DNA of 13,735 nucleotides from Octopus sinensis. Lineage: Eukaryota. The notes beneath the pieces were generated by a model. The model had not been told where the DNA came from. It saw only the letters and a program-made list of their open reading frames with translations, and ran no database searches. A program made the translations under genes and the position numbers. Shown here one piece after another: positions 8,736 through 13,735 of this stretch (its first letter is position 1; each line of letters opens with the position of its first letter). The stretch is from contig NW_021826064.1 in the NCBI RefSeq assembly GCF_006345805.1, positions 1 through 13,735 on the forward strand, given 5' to 3'.

Positions 8736-8944
8736 AAATTTTGGCACAAGGCCAGCAATTACTGGGAGGGGTTAAGTTGATTATATCAAACCTCAGTGCT
8801 TGACTGCTACGTATTTTATCAACACCAGAAGGATAAAAGGTAAAGTCAACCATGACAGAATTTGAACTTGGAATATAAAGATGGATGAAATGCCGCTAAG
8901 CATTTTGCCCGGTATGCTAACATCTCTGCCAGTTTGCTGCCTTA
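8736..8944 (-). mobile_element. SINE family 3, near full-length copy
   Basis: The minus strand begins TTAAGGCAGCAAACTGGCAGAGATGTTAG (A-box-like), has AGTTCAAATTC (B-box-like) and ends GGCCTTGTGCCAAAATTT; matches 459-631. Confidence 0.82.
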
Positions 8945-9380
8945 AGAAATACGGATATTAAGCATTTTATATTCTAATACTTTATACACATTTATTGGGA
9001 ACCACAATGTGTTGGAACGCTTGTTATTAAATTCAAGTTATCCACCATGTACAATTATAAAAATTTCTTTGATCCTCGTAATATTTTTCATACAAAGATA
9101 TATTCTTCTACACATCAGCGTTTGATAAGTGACTACTGATGAGTATTAGAATCTACAAAACAAGTCAGATAACCTTTCTTCTTCTTATGTTGTTCCTATG
9201 GTTTCTCCCTAACTTATATTTTAGTGAGACCAAATATATTCTTATTTAATATATTGCATATAATTTCATACATACATTTGTTTATAATCACCCTGTGCAG
9301 GTACTTTCTTTAGCATACATATTTACATATACAAATATATATATACATATATTTATATATATATACATATACATATATAT

Positions 9381-9537
9381 GATGGGCTTCTTTCAGTTTC
9401 TGTCTACCTAATCCATTCACAAGGCTTTGGTCAGCCCAAGGCTATAGTAGAAGACACTTGTCCAAGGTACCACACAGTGGGACTGAACCCGGAACCATGT
9501 GGTACGTAAGCAAGCTACTTACCACACTCCTACACCT
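9381..9537 (-). mobile_element. SINE family 1, copy C (head and core only)
   Basis: Close match to 8578-8735, with a short deletion in the A-box; ends in a TA-rich tract at 9310-9380. Confidence 0.88.
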
Positions 9538-9589
9538 ATATATATATATTTATATACATATAAATATATGCGTGTATATATATACATTT

Positions 9590-9749
9590 GGGGTTTTGTG
9601 TCTTTGTGTTTGTTTCCCTCACCACTTCACTTGATAACTGGTGTTGGTTTGTTAATGTCCTTGTAACATAGAAGTTCAACAAAAGACATTGGTAGAATAA
9701 CTATCAGACATTGTAAAAGAAACTAAGTAGTGAGATCGATATATTCACT
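9590..9749 (+). mobile_element. SINE family 1, degenerate 3' half
   Basis: TTGATAACTGGTGTTGGTTTGTTAATGTCCTTGTAAC...GTTCAACAAAAGA aligns with 12460-12520 and 12925-12985. Confidence 0.65.
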
Positions 9750-9751
9750 TT

Positions 9752-9846
9752 GCTGAGGCAGATTTTCTACAGCTGGATTCCTTTCCAGTTGCCAGTCCTC
9801 ACCTGCTTCCAAGCAAGATAATATTTTCCCATAACCAGATGTTTTT
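9752..9846 (-). mobile_element. Family 4 fragment, copy d
   Basis: Reverse complement GGAAAGGAATCCAGCTGTAGAAAATCTGCCTCAGC and its upstream segment match 5930-6030. Confidence 0.7.
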
Positions 9847-9983
9847 TGGGGCTTTTTTTCTGGGAAACTGGAACTGAACAAACCTGCTCATATGACAAGA
9901 TGCACATTTACAACCATCACATTATGTCTAGACAAGGATACACACATACACATGCATGCATATTCATCTGTATACAGATAAAT

Positions 9984-10162
9984 ATGACATGCTTCTTTCA
10001 GTTTCCATCGACCAAATTCCCTTTCAAGACACTGGTCTTCAACAATAGCTCTGGTCATTCCAGGGCTATAATAGAAAGCAGTTGCCTACAGTGCCATGCA
10101 GGGGTATTGAACCATGACTACATGTTTGCGGAGGAAGCTTCTTAACCACACAGCCATGTCCT
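9984..10162 (-). mobile_element. SINE family 1, degenerate copy D
   Basis: GCTTCTTTCAGTTTCC...GGCTATAATAGAA...CTTAACCACACAGCCA matches copies A-C, with an internal insertion. Confidence 0.75.
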
Positions 10163-10937
10163 TATTATCTGTTATACAATGGTTTCCTAGTGATGAAAAT
10201 CTTTAACTTGTTAAATATTGCAAAATCCCTGCACAATAGTGCTTTTTAATTCTTTAGAGATTTGAATTTCCTTTCTTGTTTCTCCTCATTATAGAGTACA
10301 ATACATTATAAGCTATATAATAATGTGGTACTTTTATAAGTTAAGACTTTATCTGTTACATAATCATAATATAGAACCGACGCATAACATAGTACTTAAA
10401 GACCACCGAAATCATTTGTTGGGTGAGCAACATAGAAAAGGAAGGTTTGGCGATAGATCTAATTAAAGCAAAGCTGCCAGAGAAATCACTCAATTCTAAA
10501 ATATTTTAAACATTTCCACTGTTTCAGAAATTTAAAAAATAAAATTAAAAAAAACGTAAAAATAGTAAGAGTAATATAAAAACAAAAGTGAAAGTAAAAA
10601 TAAACAAATCAATGAACTGCTTGTTGTATTCAAATATCTCCGTATCTTCACTTAAAGAGTCGAAATATCTTCCCGAGCAACTTGAATTTAATTATTTTCC
10701 TAACCCTACCAATTCCTTAATGATAGGCTGTCTCTTCTTTCATGTTGAGATTTATTTAAAACAAAAACAAAATTGAATTAAAGAAAATAAACTAAAAGAC
10801 ATTGATTTTATTAGTACTTTTTTTATTTTTTGTTATTTTATTATATTTTTTTATTTTTTTGAAATTTATTATTCTTCTCTCTCTCTTTTTTTTTTTTTTT
10901 TTTGGTTTTTTTTTCTACCGAGGGAAAGATTTCTTAC

Positions 10938-10982
10938 AAAGAATTCTTTCCTGCTGCTGCCACCAACTCGATAACTTTTTTG
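10938..10982 (-). other. Candidate 45-nt exon
   Basis: Minus strand: (att)n-gtttgtttcag|CAAAAAAGTT...GAATTCTTT|gtaaga. Length divisible by 3 and open in all three frames. Confidence 0.3.
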
Positions 10983-10992
10983 CTGAAACAAA

Positions 10993-11024
10993 CAATAATA
11001 ATAATAATAACAATAATAATAATG

Positions 11025-11064
<40 letters not shown>

Positions 11065-11085
11065 TGATGAATGATGATGATAATA
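10993..11085. repeat. (AAT)n-(GAT)n microsatellite
   Basis: Direct tandem units. Confidence 0.95.
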
Positions 11086-11780
11086 TCAATAAATAAATAG
11101 ATAAATAAATGAAAAAGTGGAAAATAACTAAAATTTTCCTGCTAACTTAGTTTAAAGGTAATCGAAGCTAACATTTCCTTCGAAATCAAATTAGAATAGC
11201 ATTTTCATATGAGAAAGGTTCTTTATTTTTTACTTTGTCTTTTATTGTTTTTCGGTATTTTTGGTATTGGTTAATATAAATTAGTTAACATTTTTTTTTT
11301 TTTTTTATTTATATTAAAAAAAGCAAAATGGAAACAAAAAACAAAGAATAAATAACTAAATAAAATGGGGGGAAAAAAAAAAGTCTTTAATATAATCGGA
11401 GCCGCAAATAGAATACGGTTTCAGGAGATTTTTAAAACTTGCAGTATTTTCATAAACAAAAGGTGAACTGCTATGGCAAAAAGAAAGTAATTGTATAGAA
11501 GTGATAATGTCAGCTGATATTCAATTCGGAAATAAGTTAATTTCGAAGTTATAACATAGAGCGATAGTTTATATGACTTTTATAAAGAAACAAGATAGGC
11601 CGACCGGTTTAAAAGGTACTGGCCACATGAAAGAAAGGAAGAAAAAAAAGTGCTGAAATAGTCATAAACTGCACTATATTTCGTTCCTTTCATCCCATCT
11701 TTCTTTCTGTCTGTCTGTTTGTCTTTCAGTCAGTCTGTCTCGCGCTCTCTCTTGATCTAGCAAAATAGATTTATACATAT

Positions 11781-11787
11781 TATATAC

Positions 11788-11818
<31 letters not shown>

Positions 11819-11845
11819 CATACATACATACATACTTATATATAC

Positions 11846-11914
<69 letters not shown>

Positions 11915-11934
11915 CACATACATATATATATATA
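11781..11934. repeat. (CATA)n-(TA)n compound microsatellite
   Basis: Direct tandem units. Confidence 0.95.
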
Positions 11935-12117
11935 GGAGATGTACTTGCATAGCAAGTGACCTGATCTGAGATCGTGTGCTGGAACGAAAACTATTGCAAC
12001 ATGGAAGGTATTTATAAGTCATTTAAGAAACACACAAAAGCCGTTAGATTCACTTCAACATTTAAACTTAATTTGTCAAAATATTTTCGTCGCTTTGAGA
12101 CCACAACCTGTTCACTG
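11935..12117. repeat. Probable interspersed repeat terminus (possibly Penelope-like) abutting (TA)n
   Basis: Abrupt start after the TA array and CpG-retaining. Resembles a repeat I recall from octopus DNA; single copy here, class unverified. Confidence 0.35.
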
Positions 12118-12124
12118 TTATATA

Positions 12125-12215
12125 TAAAACACCCAGGACACTCTGTCAAGTGGTTGGCATTAGGAAGGGCATCCAGCTGTAGAAATCATGTCAAAACGGA
12201 TATGGAGTCTGGGCA
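12125..12215 (+). mobile_element. Family 4 fragment, copy c
   Basis: GTGGTTGGCATTAGGAAGGGCATCCAGCTGTAGAAA aligns with the reverse complement of 5620-5710. Confidence 0.7.
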
Positions 12216-12249
12216 GCCTTTCAACAGGCATGACTGTGTGCAAAGAAAT

Positions 12250-12647
12250 TTGCTTCCCAGCCACATGGTTCTGGGTTCAGTCTCACTGCAAGGTACCTTG
12301 GGCAAGTGTCTTCTACTTCTTTGGGCCACCCAAAGCCATGTGAGTAGATTTGGTAGACAGAAACTGAAAGAAGCTCATCGTATATGTAGGTATATATATC
12401 TATCTACATACTTGTGTGTGTGTGTGTATCTTTGTGTCTGTGTGTGTCCTCTCATCACCACTTGACAACAGGTGTTAGTGTGTTTACGTCCTTGTAACTG
12501 AGCAGTTCAGCAAAAGAATAGGATGGAATAAATACTAGGCTTAAAAAATAAGTCCTGGGTCTGATATGTTCGACTAAAACCCTTTAAGGTGGTGCTCCAG
12601 CATGGCCGCAATCAAATGATTGAAACAAATAAAAGAGAGAAAGAGAG
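12250..12647 (+). mobile_element. SINE family 1, copy E (lacks A-box)
   Basis: B-box, core-like ACCTTGGGCAAGTGTCTT, internal microsatellite, 3' hairpins and AAAAGAGAG tail. Confidence 0.9.
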
Positions 12648-12657
12648 ATTTACATAT

Positions 12658-12820
12658 AGGGCAGGAGTGGGTGTGTAACAAGTAGCTAGCTTACCAACCA
12701 TATGTTTCTGGGTTCAGTCCCACTGCATGGTACCTTGGGCAAGTGTCTTCTACTTTAGCCTTGGGTTGACCAAAGCCTTGTGAATAGATTTGGTTGACGG
12801 AAACTGAAAGGAGCCCGTAG

Positions 12821-12851
<31 letters not shown>

Positions 12852-13107
12852 GTATATATGTATGTATGTATGTATGTATGTGTGTGCATATGTTTGTGTG
12901 GCTGTGTTTGTCCCCCCAACATCGCTTGACAACCGATACTGGTGTGTTTACATCCCCGTAACTTAGCGGTTCGTCAAAAGAGACAGATAGAATAAGTACT
13001 AGGCTTACAAAGAATAAGTCCTGGGGTCGATTTGCCCGACTATAGGCAGTGCTCCAGCATGGCCACAGTCAAATGACTGAAACAAGTAAAAAGAGTAAAA
13101 GAGTAAA
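12658..13107 (+). mobile_element. SINE family 1, copy F (full-length)
   Basis: Head AGGGCAGGAGTGG, B-box GGGTTCAGTCCC (12710-12721), core, (TA)n(TATG)n insert, 3' hairpins and (AAAAGAGT)n tail. Confidence 0.92.
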
Positions 13108-13735
13108 TAAAAGATAGAAAGAAAGATTTATATACATGTATATCACACATGCTAAATGAACAACTTAAGCTGTTTGTCTTAATTCTATTGTTTTTCTTAT
13201 TGTTTTATCCTTGACAGATTTTTGCATGAACAGTCAAGTAAAAGATAGCAGCATATTTCACTCTTTTCCTCTCTCTCTCTCTTTCCCTTCTGTAATATTT
13301 ATGTAATGGAACATATCAAATTTATTGAATGTGTATCACAATGACTAATATTTCTTTCAACTAATCATTTATTCTGTTGACAAAGCTATTTCTCACAGAG
13401 ATCAGTCCATATTTTTCTGTATTCTTCAACGATGTGGAAATTTTGCAGGAAAAATATTATTGGGTCTATAACTTAGTTATGAGTTTTTTTTTTTGTGCAT
13501 GTGAATGTGTGCATGCACACACACACACACACATACACACATACACACGCATATGTATAGGACAAAAAAGGGCATAATTTGGAAGAGATTGGAAACTGTT
13601 TCTAGCAGGTCAAGCAGCTGCTTAGAAACTGGCTAATTTCTTAAGACAGTGCTTAGATGTCTAATGCAAAATAGCTGACATAGCGCTATATAACCTTACA
13701 TGTGTGTGTGTGTGTGCGTGTTTAAATGTTGGTAT

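Noticed and set aside
10921-10947. EGKISYKEF, resembling the end of an EF-hand loop, after a poly(T) tract
   Set aside because: No downstream donor before the frame runs into (AAT)n, and the following residues do not fit an EF-hand helix; likely chance.
11974-12465. Longest ORF (163 aa)
   Set aside because: Runs across three unrelated repeat fragments (unknown repeat, family 4, family 1); no domain-like sequence.
13597-13630. Short hairpin GTTTCTAGCAG...CTGCTTAGAAAC
   Set aside because: An 11-bp bulged stem is plausible by chance in 13.7 kb; no family or functional context.
1-13735. CRISPR array, rRNA or prokaryotic operon
   Set aside because: No regularly spaced repeat-spacer units, rRNA motifs or gene-dense structure; the composition is eukaryotic repeat-rich DNA.

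Overview
AT-rich, microsatellite-dense eukaryotic DNA with no complete protein-coding gene. The ORFs in the supplied track are microsatellite or low-complexity artefacts or lie inside repeats; the one clear exception is a LINE ORF2 remnant. The repeat content resembles what I recall of coleoid cephalopod (probably Octopus) genomes; that assignment is from memory, not from a search. The window is a mosaic of mobile elements: about 9 copies or fragments of a tRNA-headed, CORE-like SINE (family 1) with an internal microsatellite; one young SINE of a second family with an 11-bp TSD; three copies of a third SINE; four fragments of a (GAT)n-tailed repeat; a 3' LINE fragment; two ~220-bp mariner MITEs that keep the transposase C-terminus; a hAT/Charlie-like MITE with an 8-bp TSD; and a ~150-bp foldback element. 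The best-supported observation is that the LINE fragment and the family-1 SINEs share a 3' double-hairpin with compensatory changes, which points to a LINE-SINE partnership. Several small candidate exons lie in the unique DNA, including an 11-nt minus-strand microexon with very strong splice signals, so the window may be mostly intronic. I cannot demonstrate a new biological system from sequence alone.
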